Shown one piece after another: positions 19,196 through 28,812 of a stretch of 64,000 bases of DNA. The stretch is from positions 28,545-92,544 of the forward strand of contig JBAXAI010000014.1 in the NCBI GenBank assembly GCA_037142615.1, given 5' to 3'. Position 1 is the first letter of the stretch, and every line of letters begins with the position of its first letter. Source of the DNA: Spirochaetales bacterium (GTDB lineage Bacteria; Spirochaetota; Spirochaetia; JABEVK01). A model generated the notes under the pieces. It did no database searches. It was not told the origin of the DNA and was given only the letters and a program-made list of their open reading frames with translations. The translations under genes were made by a program, and so were the position numbers.

Positions 19196-21775
19196 CTAGT
19201 GGATGACCCGGATGGTTTCGGTGAAGCCGTCACCCACGTACAACGCCGTTCCGTCGGTGATGAGCGAGAACGGCTGGCCCCAGCGGGACGCGTTGCCGGC
19301 CCCCTCGATGTTGCCGGCCTTGAACAGCGTGGTACCGTCGGGATCGGGTCCCGCCAGGGTGGTGGTGGCACCGGTCGTCTTGTCGACCTTTCGGATGGTC
19401 CCGCTATTGGAATCGCACACGTACAGCCAGGTGCCATCGGTGGTGATCTCCCGCAGCAGCGAGAACCCCGCCTGCGACGCGCTGCCGTTGGCGTAGGGCG
19501 CCGTTTGACCAGCGCTGCGGGCCGTGTCGTAGTTGGCCACGCTTCCGGCCAGCGTGCCCACCTTGCCCGTAGCGATTTCCAGGGTCCGGATGGTACCGTT
19601 TAACACGTCGCTGATGTACAGGAACTCTCCGTCCGTGGTCAGTGCGATGGGATAATAGAAGGACGCCACCCGGGAGACCCCGTCGATGGGGTTGGGGTCA
19701 TCGGTCAAGTTGGTGTTGTTGCCATTGCCGAAGGTGCTCGTGAAGGTGCCTTGGCTTCCATTCACGGGGGTCCCGCCTGCTAGTGTCTTGACGTCGCCCG
19801 TGGCCGGGTCGATACGTCGGATGGCCCAGTTTTTGTAGTCGGTGAGGTACAGGTAGTGGCCGTCGTTGGTCAGACCGTGGGGATCGTTGAGGCGGGCGTT
19901 GGCCCCCGTGCCGTCGGCGAACCCGGTCTGGTTGGGGGCACCGGCCAAGGTGCTGCTCACTCCCGTTCGGAGATCGATCTTGCGGATGGTGTTGGCGTAC
20001 GAGTCGCTGACGTAGAGCGCCTGGTTGAGGTAGGTCATGCCCGACGGATTGATGTAGCGCGCGGCCTCGCCGGTCCCATCGGTGATGCCACCGACGCCAG
20101 AGCTGCCGCTGAGGTTGGTCACCGTCCCTGTTGCTGGGTCCAGATGACGGATCGTGTAGCCGGCGTAGTCGGACAGCCAGAGGTCCTTGCCGTTGGTCGC
20201 CAAGCCCCAGGGGGTGTTGATCCGCGCTGCTGACCCCGTGCCATCCACGTCCTTGGCACTGGTGCCCGCCACCAAGGCACTGAAGGGGTTGGTGTTGGTC
20301 CCGCGGTAGTTGGTCACGGCGTGGACGGTGGACGAGTTCTGGTCCACGACGTACAGCGTGTACGTGCCCCCCGCGTCGACGTACTCCGACAAGTTGGTCG
20401 GACCGCTGTAGCGGATGTTGGCCGACCCGTTGCCATCCTTCACGTAGAAGTCACCGGGGCTGCCGAGGGCGGTCAGAGCGACCCCCTGGTCATCGACCTG
20501 CTGGAGTCCCGGGTTGGCCGGGTCGTTGTTCTTCAGGTTGGTGATTCGCCGGATGCTGTTGTTGCCCGGGTCGGCCACGTAGAGCGAGTTGAAGGTGAAG
20601 ACCATGCCGGCGACTGTGCTCTCGAAGTTGAAGGCCGCCGTGGTACCCGGACCGTTGTTGAAGGCGGCGACGGCGGCGTAGCTGTTCCCGACGAGGCGCT
20701 TCCAGGTGCCGGTGCCCGGCATGCTCGAGATCTTGAGCTGGTACGCCGCGTTGCGGTTGTTGTCGTTGACCCACAACCAGACGGAGCCGGAACTCGAGGC
20801 GACGGTGATTCCCCCAAAAGTTCCCATGGCGAAGCCCGTCGGCCCGGGCACATTGGCCGACGTCCCGTCCACGGTCGACACCGCCCGGATGAACGTCCCG
20901 TCGGTGAGATACAGGTACGTGCCGTACAGGCAGATGGCCGTCGGGCGTTGGAAGGTCGCCGCCAAGGGACCGCCGCTCAGCGTGGTGACGGCTTTCGTCG
21001 CCAGATCGACCTTGCGAATCGCCAAATTGCCCCGGTCGGCCACGTACAGCACGTGGGTGGCGACGTCGATCACCATGCCCTTGGGTTCATTGAACCGGGC
21101 AGCGCTGCCCGTGTCGTCGACGTAGCCCGGTTCGCCCTGCTTGCCGACAAACTCCACCGTCTCCTGCGAGTTCACGTCGATAGCCCAAATGAGGTTGTAG
21201 CTGCTGTCTGAAACGTAGAGCGTGTTGCCGTCGCGAACCGCGGCCTCGGGTGTGCCGAACACCGAAGCTTTGCCCACCAACGTCGTCGTCTCGCCCTTGA
21301 GGTTGAGATCCTTGCCCTGAATCACCCCGCCCATCAACCCTGTTTCGCCAAGGGTCATCACCACTTTGTAGTCGACCGCAGCGCCGGTTGTCGGGGTCAC
21401 CGTGAACACCTTGGTGTGCTCGGCGGCCGACCAGTCCAGGGCCATGCCGGCGGTGTAGGGCGCCCCGTCGATGGCGATACTGGCCCCCTGAAAGTCCAAG
21501 TCGGCCACCAGCGCGGTCAGCGGCGTCCATTTGGGAATCGTCAGCCGGTAGGTAATCCCGTCAGCGTCGGCAACTGCCGGAAGGTCGCTCACCAGGCTGA
21601 CGTTCTTGTCAGCGGTAAACACGAACTTCGACAGAACCTTTGCCTCGTCGCCGAGCACCTTGGCCTTGATTCCCTGCGCCAACGGGCTCGCACAGCCTGC
21701 GAGGAGTGCCAGCAAAGCCCCGGCCCCCGTGATCCACAGCGCTCGCTGGTTCCAGGTCCGGCGGACTAGTTCCAT
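19196..21775 (-). CDS. NHL-repeat surface lipoprotein
   Basis: Lipobox LLAGC; many DGTG.AAR.N.P.G...DG..LY.SD..N.TIRKID repeats. Confidence 0.85.
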   Translation of the reverse strand: MELVRRTWNQRALWITGAGALLALLAGCASPLAQGIKAKVLGDEAKVLSKFVFTADKNVSLVSDLPAVADADGITYRLTIPKWTPLTALVADLDFQGASIAIDGAPYTAGMALDWSAAEHTKVFTVTPTTGAAVDYKVVMTLGETGLMGGVIQGKDLNLKGETTTLVGKASVFGTPEAAVRDGNTLYVSDSSYNLIWAIDVNSQETVEFVGKQGEPGYVDDTGSAARFNEPKGMVIDVATHVLYVADRGNLAIRKVDLATKAVTTLSGGPLAATFQRPTAICLYGTYLYLTDGTFIRAVSTVDGTSANVPGPTGFAMGTFGGITVASSSGSVWLWVNDNNRNAAYQLKISSMPGTGTWKRLVGNSYAAVAAFNNGPGTTAAFNFESTVAGMVFTFNSLYVADPGNNSIRRITNLKNNDPANPGLQQVDDQGVALTALGSPGDFYVKDGNGSANIRYSGPTNLSEYVDAGGTYTLYVVDQNSSTVHAVTNYRGTNTNPFSALVAGTSAKDVDGTGSAARINTPWGLATNGKDLWLSDYAGYTIRHLDPATGTVTNLSGSSGVGGITDGTGEAARYINPSGMTYLNQALYVSDSYANTIRKIDLRTGVSSTLAGAPNQTGFADGTGANARLNDPHGLTNDGHYLYLTDYKNWAIRRIDPATGDVKTLAGGTPVNGSQGTFTSTFGNGNNTNLTDDPNPIDGVSRVASFYYPIALTTDGEFLYISDVLNGTIRTLEIATGKVGTLAGSVANYDTARSAGQTAPYANGSASQAGFSLLREITTDGTWLYVCDSNSGTIRKVDKTTGATTTLAGPDPDGTTLFKAGNIEGAGNASRWGQPFSLITDGTALYVGDGFTETIRVIH

Positions 21776-23820
21776 AGCAGGTCCCCCACTGTCAGGCCCT
21801 GTTCGGCGGCCCGTCCCCCCGAATCCTCGTGAACGGCGAGGTACGAATATTGGTCGGCGAGCTTCGGGTCGGCTTTGCGTACGGCCGCCAGCGTGGTGCT
21901 GGCCTTGTCGAGCTGGTTGGTCTGGGCCTGCACCTTGGCGAGGTTCACCAGGTACTTCGGGTTGTCGGGGCTGGTCTTGAGGGCCCTCTGGTAGTAAACC
22001 TCGGCCGCCGGGTAGTCCTGGCCGAGCAGCGACAGGTTGCCCAGGTTGACGAGCGACGGACCATAGTCGCCCTTCGTCAGCGCGGCTTGAAACTCTCCTT
22101 CTGCGGCTGCCATCCGTCCAAAGCGGGCGTCAACAACCCCCCGGTCGTTGTGATCCTTGGGCGTCAGCGTCGAAGTGCCTCGTGCCTTGTCGAGCGCCGC
22201 GATTCGAAAGCCCAGTTCCCCCTCGACCAGGGTCGCCAGTTCGCGGCGAAAGGTCGTGGTCACTTGAACCGGGTCGGGCAAGGAGGTCTTTTCGGTGGTG
22301 GCCGGCAAGCCGACCGGCTGGTAGACCTTCCACGCTTCCCGGATGGGGTAAAAGGCCGCCGTTCCGTCGGTGGTACCCAGCTTCCACTGCTTGGCCCCTT
22401 CCTTCCAGGAATCGAGGAACCCATTGGCCCGAAGCGTGGTCTCGATGGGCAACCACACTGCGCCGTCACGGACAATCAGTTGCGAGCCGAGGCTGAGCGA
22501 GCCCGGAATCTGCTCGGGGGTCAGCTTGAGCTTGATCGCCATCAGGATGTGCCCGGGAACCGTGATGAAGGCCGCTTCGATGCCCACCGACTCAAAAAAC
22601 GAGGCGTAGAGAATCGAAAGGTCGGAACAATCGCCGGCCTTGTAACTGAGCGTCTGCCGGGGAAACTTCAGGAAGTCCACCGTCAACGGATCGACCTTTG
22701 TCTTGCCGAACGGGCTGGTGGGGCTGACAGCGTACCCGAGGCCGAGAAGCCGGAGGCCCTCGTGAAAGGCAATCGCGGTTTGCAGGTTCTTGTCGATGCC
22801 GGGGTTGCGCGAGTCTTGAACCGCTGCGGTGATCTGGTTCGACAGCTCGAGCACCCAGGGGTCCTTGCCCGACACGAAGGCGGCGGCTTTTCGGTCGTCG
22901 TCCCACGTCATGGCGTTGCGGTCGTATACCTTGAGCGTCGCCGTTTTTTCCAAAGTCTGCACATCGACACTGTCGCGGTACTCGACAGAAATCTGGCTGG
23001 TGGCCTTGGTCGCCTCGGTGACGTCAAGAATGTTGTCCTGAAAGAGCGCAAACAGGTCGACCACGCGGGACTCGCCCGGGCGCAACTGATCGAGGACGGC
23101 GCACTCCTTGGGAGCGTCCATATACTGCTTGTTGAAGAACGTGACTCGGATGTCCTTGGCCACTTCCTGGCTGATGTTGCGAATCTGAATGCTGCCGAGG
23201 CTGTGGTCGTCGTAGTAGTTTTTGAACACGGGGAACACGTTGTCGAGTGAGACGGTGCCAAAGTCAACCAGCCGGACCCGTGCAGCCTTTCCGGCCAGCG
23301 ACGCGCTGTACGCCGTCGACAACGACAGCGTTGCACCGCCGACAAGCCCGGGGTACCAGCGGTAGCCGGCGTCCAGGCCGAGCTGGAAACTCGGGTCGGG
23401 GGACCATTGGAGCTTGAGGCCCGCCGTTGCCAGCCCGTTGCCGGCATTTTGACTGCCATCGCTCACCTGACCCCAGGCGTAACCACCCTGCAACCAAGGG
23501 GTCACCTCGAGCCCGGCGCCCAGCCCGATGGGAAAAGCCAAGCCGCCCTCGGCACGGTACAGCACCAGCGAGTCTTTGCTCCGTAAGGGAAGCCAGTCGG
23601 AACCCACTTCGAGGCGGGGGGTGACCAGCGGCACCAGGTGGCTGAGGCCCAGCAGGACCGACCCCCCCGCACCGGCGGCGAAGTATTCGGCATTTTCGCC
23701 GGCAGGAAGCAGGCCGACCGGTTCCAACGCAAGGTCGAGTCCCGGTCTCACTTGGGCGGCCAGGGGCGCAAGCGCCCCGACCAGCAGCAGAAGCAACAGT
23801 TTTCCCATGGTGTCCCTCAT
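21766..23820 (-). CDS. Secreted protein with beta-barrel-like N-terminus, transglutaminase-like domain and TPR repeats
   Basis: GDCSD, PGHI, PIETT putative Cys-His-Glu triad; C-terminal TPRs; start may be 23808. Confidence 0.75.
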   Translation of the reverse strand: MRDTMGKLLLLLLVGALAPLAAQVRPGLDLALEPVGLLPAGENAEYFAAGAGGSVLLGLSHLVPLVTPRLEVGSDWLPLRSKDSLVLYRAEGGLAFPIGLGAGLEVTPWLQGGYAWGQVSDGSQNAGNGLATAGLKLQWSPDPSFQLGLDAGYRWYPGLVGGATLSLSTAYSASLAGKAARVRLVDFGTVSLDNVFPVFKNYYDDHSLGSIQIRNISQEVAKDIRVTFFNKQYMDAPKECAVLDQLRPGESRVVDLFALFQDNILDVTEATKATSQISVEYRDSVDVQTLEKTATLKVYDRNAMTWDDDRKAAAFVSGKDPWVLELSNQITAAVQDSRNPGIDKNLQTAIAFHEGLRLLGLGYAVSPTSPFGKTKVDPLTVDFLKFPRQTLSYKAGDCSDLSILYASFFESVGIEAAFITVPGHILMAIKLKLTPEQIPGSLSLGSQLIVRDGAVWLPIETTLRANGFLDSWKEGAKQWKLGTTDGTAAFYPIREAWKVYQPVGLPATTEKTSLPDPVQVTTTFRRELATLVEGELGFRIAALDKARGTSTLTPKDHNDRGVVDARFGRMAAAEGEFQAALTKGDYGPSLVNLGNLSLLGQDYPAAEVYYQRALKTSPDNPKYLVNLAKVQAQTNQLDKASTTLAAVRKADPKLADQYSYLAVHEDSGGRAAEQGLTVGDLLWN

Positions 23821-23849
23821 ACCTGACTAAGTATATCAGAAATAAGGGG

Positions 23850-24590
23850 TCAGCGGTACTTGCGGAGCAACGTGTCGAAAAAGCCTTCGTCTTTCAGAGC
23901 GTCGAGCTTGGCGAACAGCTTCGCGTTGAACACCGGGCCTTTGGTGTTGAGGGCCCACTGGATGTTTTGGGTCGACAGCACGTAGGCCGCCATCGAAAGG
24001 CCCTTGTAGGCGGGATTCGTTTTGAGATCGTAGAGAGCCAGCAGGTCGGCGTGGATGAAGCCGTCGATGCGGCCGGCCAGAAGCTTCTGGTAGTTTTGCG
24101 TCGGCGAGGTGACGTCACTGCGGAACACTTTTCCGTGATCGACCAGGTCTTGGAAGGCGGGGGGGTAGATGTAGCCCAAAAGTCCGCCGATGGTCTTTCC
24201 CTCGAGGTCGATCAAATGATCGTAGAGCAGTGACTTGTCGCTGCGGACGACCAACCTGTTCCGTTCGACAAACAGGGGGCCGCTGAAGGCCAGTACTTCG
24301 GGTTCTTCGGTCCACGCCGGGTTGAGAATCGGGCACACTTCATGCCTCGGATCGGCCAGCAGTTCGTCGACCATTCGTTTGCGGCTCATCTCGGTGAACA
24401 CCACCGGCATGCCGAGGTCTTTTCCCACGCGCAGGGCGGTCTCGACCACAATGCCACCGGTCGGTTTGTCGTGAGGCCCGAGCACGTAGGGTGCGGTGTT
24501 CCCGGCCTGAAGAACAATGACCAGCGGTTCCTGACCCGAAACCGACATCGCCGTGAACAGGAGCATTGTCGCCCAAACGACCTTGTGCAT
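23850..24590 (-). CDS. Family 3 extracytoplasmic substrate-binding protein
   Basis: Signal peptide; APY, DLEGKTIG..GYIY, KLLAGRIDG. Confidence 0.8.
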   Translation of the reverse strand: MHKVVWATMLLFTAMSVSGQEPLVIVLQAGNTAPYVLGPHDKPTGGIVVETALRVGKDLGMPVVFTEMSRKRMVDELLADPRHEVCPILNPAWTEEPEVLAFSGPLFVERNRLVVRSDKSLLYDHLIDLEGKTIGGLLGYIYPPAFQDLVDHGKVFRSDVTSPTQNYQKLLAGRIDGFIHADLLALYDLKTNPAYKGLSMAAYVLSTQNIQWALNTKGPVFNAKLFAKLDALKDEGFFDTLLRKYR

Positions 24591-24604
24591 GATCCTAGTG
24601 TAAT

Positions 24605-25507
24605 TCAGCCCTGCTGAGGATTCCAGAGCAGCCGAACAGCGCGAGCGAGTTCAGCGATATGGGCCGGGGTGGTGCCGCAGCAGCCCCCGAGGATGTTCGC
24701 ACCAGCACGGATGAGCGGTTCGGTCTGGCTGGCCATCAGGGCCGGTGTTTCCGGATAAACGTCCTTGCCGTCTTTGTGTACGGGCAGACCCGCGTTGGCG
24801 TGCACCAGAATCGGCGTTTCGGGGCAGGCCTTGCGCATCTGCGCCACAATTTCGACCATCCCGGCCAGGCCGTTGCCGCAGTTGCTCCCGATCACGTCGG
24901 CCCCGGCCTCGACAGCTCCCCGCGCGGCTTCGGCCGGCGACAGTCCCATCATGGTTCGGTAACTGCCGTCCGCCTGGCGGTCAAACGTGAACGTGCAGAT
25001 CACTTCCAGTCGGGTTTGCGCTTTGGCGGCCCGGACGGCCAGGCAGGCCTCTTGCAGGTCGCTCATGGTTTCGACGCATAGCGCGTCGGCGCCGCCAAGC
25101 TCCAAGGCCCGCGCCTGCTCGCCAAAGGCTTCGAGCAGTTCGGCCTCGGTGACCTCTTCGGTGATCAGAAACTTACCCGTCGGCCCCATCGAAGCGATGA
25201 CCCAGCGGTTGGGGCCGGCCTCTTGTCGCGACAACCGGGCGGCCGCCTCGTTGATTTCCGACGCACGCTCGGCCAAGCCGTAATGGGCAAGTTTGAGCCG
25301 GTTGGCACCGAAGCTGTTGGTTTGCACCATATCGGCCCCCGCCTCGACATAGCTGCGCGCAACCGCCGCCACGTCGTCGGGCCGGTCCAAGTTCCACAGC
25401 TCCGGGCACTCCCCAGGCTTGAGGCCTTTGAGCTGCAAGAAGGTTCCCCAAGCGCCGTCGGACACCAGCAACGACCCGGCTTTCACGGCATCGACCAGGC
25501 TTTTCAT
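24605..25507 (-). CDS. Homocysteine S-methyltransferase (Zn) domain protein
   Basis: DGAWGT, TNSFGAN, ETMSD, GSNC, NAGLP, GGCCGTTP. Confidence 0.92.
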   Translation of the reverse strand: MKSLVDAVKAGSLLVSDGAWGTFLQLKGLKPGECPELWNLDRPDDVAAVARSYVEAGADMVQTNSFGANRLKLAHYGLAERASEINEAAARLSRQEAGPNRWVIASMGPTGKFLITEEVTEAELLEAFGEQARALELGGADALCVETMSDLQEACLAVRAAKAQTRLEVICTFTFDRQADGSYRTMMGLSPAEAARGAVEAGADVIGSNCGNGLAGMVEIVAQMRKACPETPILVHANAGLPVHKDGKDVYPETPALMASQTEPLIRAGANILGGCCGTTPAHIAELARAVRLLWNPQQG

Positions 25508-26589
25508 GGCAACAGCCGAACCCGTTCAGGTTCGAAGCCGATCGACACGGCCGAGCCCTCGGCAAAGGCGGCCTTCGAGGCCGGGTCGTCTACCTGAACC
25601 ATCACTTCGCCGAACGGGGTGTCAACAAAGGTCTCAACGCTGTGGCCCAGGTACACGTTCATCCGAACAGTGCCCTCGACGCTTCCTTGGCCGGGGCTGA
25701 GCAAACGCAGCGACTCCGGTCGCGACATCAGCACGGCGCTTCCCGCCGCAGGTACGCCTGCTGCTCCCTGTGTTACCCGCAGGTTCTTCCCTCCCAACTG
25801 GCAGTCCCAGCCCCCCGCAACCGCCGTCACGGTGACCGGGAAAAAGGCCACCTTGCCCACGAAGCCGGCGACGAACGTGGTGGCGGGATTTTCATAAATG
25901 TCCGAGGGAGTGCCGATTTGCTGGATGACGCCGTCTTTCATCACGATGATGCGGTCCGAAAGGCTCATCGCCTCGACGCGGTCGTGTGTAACGTAGATGG
26001 CGGTGATCCCCAGGGTCTTCTGGATGCGTCGGATCTCGACGCGCATCTGCTCGCGCAACAGGGCATCGAGGTTCGACAGGGGCTCGTCGAGCAAGAGCAC
26101 CGCAGGCTCCACGATCAGGCTACGGGCCAGCGCCACCCGTTGTTGTTGGCCTCCTGAAAGCCGTCCTGGCGAGCGGTCGGCGAGGTCTTGCAACCCGACG
26201 AGCTTGAGCGTGGCCTCGACCTTGGTCTGGATCTCGGCGGCAGGAACTTTTCGCAGGCGCAGGCCGTAGGCCACGTTGTCGAACACGTTCATGTGCGGAA
26301 AAAGGCCGTAGCTTTGAAACACCGTGGCCTTGTCGCGGGCGTTGGGGGGCAATTGCGACACGTCCTCGGTGCCGATGAGGATCTTGCCCGTCGTAGGGAG
26401 CTCAAACCCGGCGATCATGCGCAAGGTAGTCGTCTTGCCGCAGCCCGAAGGCCCGAGAAGCGTGACAAGTTCGCCAGGGGCGACGGTGAAGTCTGACCCG
26501 CTCACGGCGATCACGTCGTCGCGTCCCTTGGTGTTCTTGAACCGCTTGGTGACCCCCACGAGGGTCACCGAAACGCTGGTCTTGGGCAT
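25504..26589 (-). CDS. Fe3+/polyamine-type ABC transporter ATPase
   Basis: GPSGCGKTT, LSGGQQQR, DEPLSNLDA, TOBE-like C-terminus. Confidence 0.92.
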   Translation of the reverse strand: MPKTSVSVTLVGVTKRFKNTKGRDDVIAVSGSDFTVAPGELVTLLGPSGCGKTTTLRMIAGFELPTTGKILIGTEDVSQLPPNARDKATVFQSYGLFPHMNVFDNVAYGLRLRKVPAAEIQTKVEATLKLVGLQDLADRSPGRLSGGQQQRVALARSLIVEPAVLLLDEPLSNLDALLREQMRVEIRRIQKTLGITAIYVTHDRVEAMSLSDRIIVMKDGVIQQIGTPSDIYENPATTFVAGFVGKVAFFPVTVTAVAGGWDCQLGGKNLRVTQGAAGVPAAGSAVLMSRPESLRLLSPGQGSVEGTVRMNVYLGHSVETFVDTPFGEVMVQVDDPASKAAFAEGSAVSIGFEPERVRLLP

Positions 26590-26598
26590 CGTCAGCTC

Positions 26599-28809
26599 CT
26601 ATCTTGCAAAACTCTTGTCGGTGTGCCCTTCGTCGGGCACCAGCAGGCGCATCAGTCCAAAGGCGACAAACACGATCACGATCAGCGCGGTGGCGAGCAC
26701 GCTGGCCCAGCCGAAGCGCAGCAGCTCCGAGAAATTGTAGATCTGCACGGTCAGGTGGTACCAGTTGGCCGAGATCAAGAAGATGATGGCACTCACCGCC
26801 GTCATCGAGCGCACGAAGGTGTACGACATTGTCGAAATGAACGCCGGCCGGATGAGCGGGAGCACGATGGTTCGGAACACCGTGGGCGTGTCGGCTCCCA
26901 GGTCCTGCGCCGCCTCTTCGATGGCAGGGTCGATCTGTCGCAGCGACGCCGAACCGTTCTCGAGGCCCACGGGCAACTCGCGGACAATGTAGTTGATCAC
27001 GATGATGGCCGCCGTACCCACCAGGATGAGCGGCGGTTTGTTGAAGGCCAAAATGTAGCTGATGCCCAGCAGTGTGCCCGGAATAGCGAACGGCGTCATG
27101 ATGAGAGCCTCGAGCAAACGCTTTCCCACAAACACTTTGCGCACAACGACCAGCGAGGCGATCATCGCCAGCACGCCGGCGATGGGGGTGGCCAGTGCCG
27201 CCAGGGTCACCGTGTCGGTGATGGCACGCCAGCCCCGGGTGAGGGCCTCGCCAAAGTTGTCGAGCGTAAAGGTGTAGTCGATGCCCCAGTTGCGCACAAA
27301 ACAACCGGCCACGATGGTGGCGTACAGCGCGATGATCAGCACGATGCACAGGCCCACAAAAATCGTCAGGGCCACGCGCACTGCCGGCGAAGCCAACTCG
27401 GTGAGCCGCATCGAGGGTTTGCCCGTCACCGTGACAAAACTGCGGCGGCTGACCCAGTACCGCTGGGCCATAAACGCCGTGAGCGTGGGCAGCAACAACA
27501 GGATCGACAGCGCCGCACCGCCGCCCAGGTCGTTCTGCCCGGTGACCGCCATGTAGGCCTCGGTCGACAGTACCCGGTACGAACCCGACAAAAGCAGGGG
27601 GTTGGCGAAGTCGGCCAGCGAGTTGGTGAACACCAGCAGCCACGCCGACAAAATGCCGGGCATGGCCAGCGGCAAGGTAATGGTGCGGAAGGTGTACCAC
27701 CGCGTGGCCCGCAGGTCGAGCGCCGCGTCTTCCACCGTGGAATCGATGGCCTTGAGCACGCTCGAAAGGGTCATGAAGGCGATGGGGAACATGCTGATGG
27801 TCTGGACGATCACCAGCCCGTTGAGGCCGTAGATCGAAAAGCCGTGCAGACCCAGCAGTCCTTTGGTGATCAGTCCGTTGTTGCCAAACAGCAGGATGAT
27901 GCTCAGGGTCAACGAAAACGGCGGCGAGATCACCGGGAGCGTGGCCAGGTTCGAGATGAACTTCTTGCCACCCACCGAAGTGCGCTCCACCAAAAAGGCG
28001 AACGCGAAACCCAGAAGGGTCGAGATGGTAGCCGTCCACAAACCGAGTTGCACCGAGCCCCACAGGGCCACCAAATAGCGTGGCGAGAGCACCGTGGCCC
28101 AGGTTTCCAGTGTCCACTGGCCGCCCTTCCAAAAGGTCAGGCGCACCGACTCGAACATGGGGTAGGCCACAAACACGCCTACCACGGCAAACAGCCCCAC
28201 GATGGCAAACCCCATCACCCGGTCGCGGGCGAAACTCACCACTGAGTAGATGACCAAGAACAGCAACAGCGCGATGAGCGCCAAGCCCCACAGCAGGCCC
28301 TGAAAGTCAGCGGCCACAGTAGACGCCGACAAGATGACCAGCGCGCCTCGCACTCCAGCACCCGTGTCGTCGGCAATCGGGGCAAACGACACACGACCAG
28401 AGAGAGGCGCGGCACCGGAAACCTCGACCGAGTAGGGCCCGGTCGTAGTGTAGGGTTCCAGGTAGTACACGCTATCGAGAGCCTTGACAAACTCTGGCAG
28501 GGAAAGGTTTTGTTGGTAAAGGGCCTTGAGTCCGCCGCTGCCGGGGCCCACGACGAACTTGCCGGCGTCATCCACCGACAGGTACAGCGCCTCGCAGCCC
28601 GGCAGTACGGTTTGAACCGAGGCCATCCAGTCGCCCAGCAGTTCGGCCTTCACCGGGGCTGTCTGGGCAAAAAGACGGATCTCCTTGGTCTGGGAAGCCT
28701 CCATGAGTTTGGAGAACTCCCCCGACAGAGAGCTGAAGATACCTGCATCGACGGCCAGAAAAAGGGCCGCGACGAGGGCAAACCGAAGCAGCTTCTTTTT
28801 CGTGAACAT
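26599..28809 (-). CDS. Fe3+-type ABC transporter permease with long N-terminal extension
   Basis: Two permease modules (EDAALDL, EEAAQDLGA), SLADFANP. Confidence 0.88.
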   Translation of the reverse strand: MFTKKKLLRFALVAALFLAVDAGIFSSLSGEFSKLMEASQTKEIRLFAQTAPVKAELLGDWMASVQTVLPGCEALYLSVDDAGKFVVGPGSGGLKALYQQNLSLPEFVKALDSVYYLEPYTTTGPYSVEVSGAAPLSGRVSFAPIADDTGAGVRGALVILSASTVAADFQGLLWGLALIALLLFLVIYSVVSFARDRVMGFAIVGLFAVVGVFVAYPMFESVRLTFWKGGQWTLETWATVLSPRYLVALWGSVQLGLWTATISTLLGFAFAFLVERTSVGGKKFISNLATLPVISPPFSLTLSIILLFGNNGLITKGLLGLHGFSIYGLNGLVIVQTISMFPIAFMTLSSVLKAIDSTVEDAALDLRATRWYTFRTITLPLAMPGILSAWLLVFTNSLADFANPLLLSGSYRVLSTEAYMAVTGQNDLGGGAALSILLLLPTLTAFMAQRYWVSRRSFVTVTGKPSMRLTELASPAVRVALTIFVGLCIVLIIALYATIVAGCFVRNWGIDYTFTLDNFGEALTRGWRAITDTVTLAALATPIAGVLAMIASLVVVRKVFVGKRLLEALIMTPFAIPGTLLGISYILAFNKPPLILVGTAAIIVINYIVRELPVGLENGSASLRQIDPAIEEAAQDLGADTPTVFRTIVLPLIRPAFISTMSYTFVRSMTAVSAIIFLISANWYHLTVQIYNFSELLRFGWASVLATALIVIVFVAFGLMRLLVPDEGHTDKSFAR

Positions 28810-28812
28810 CGA

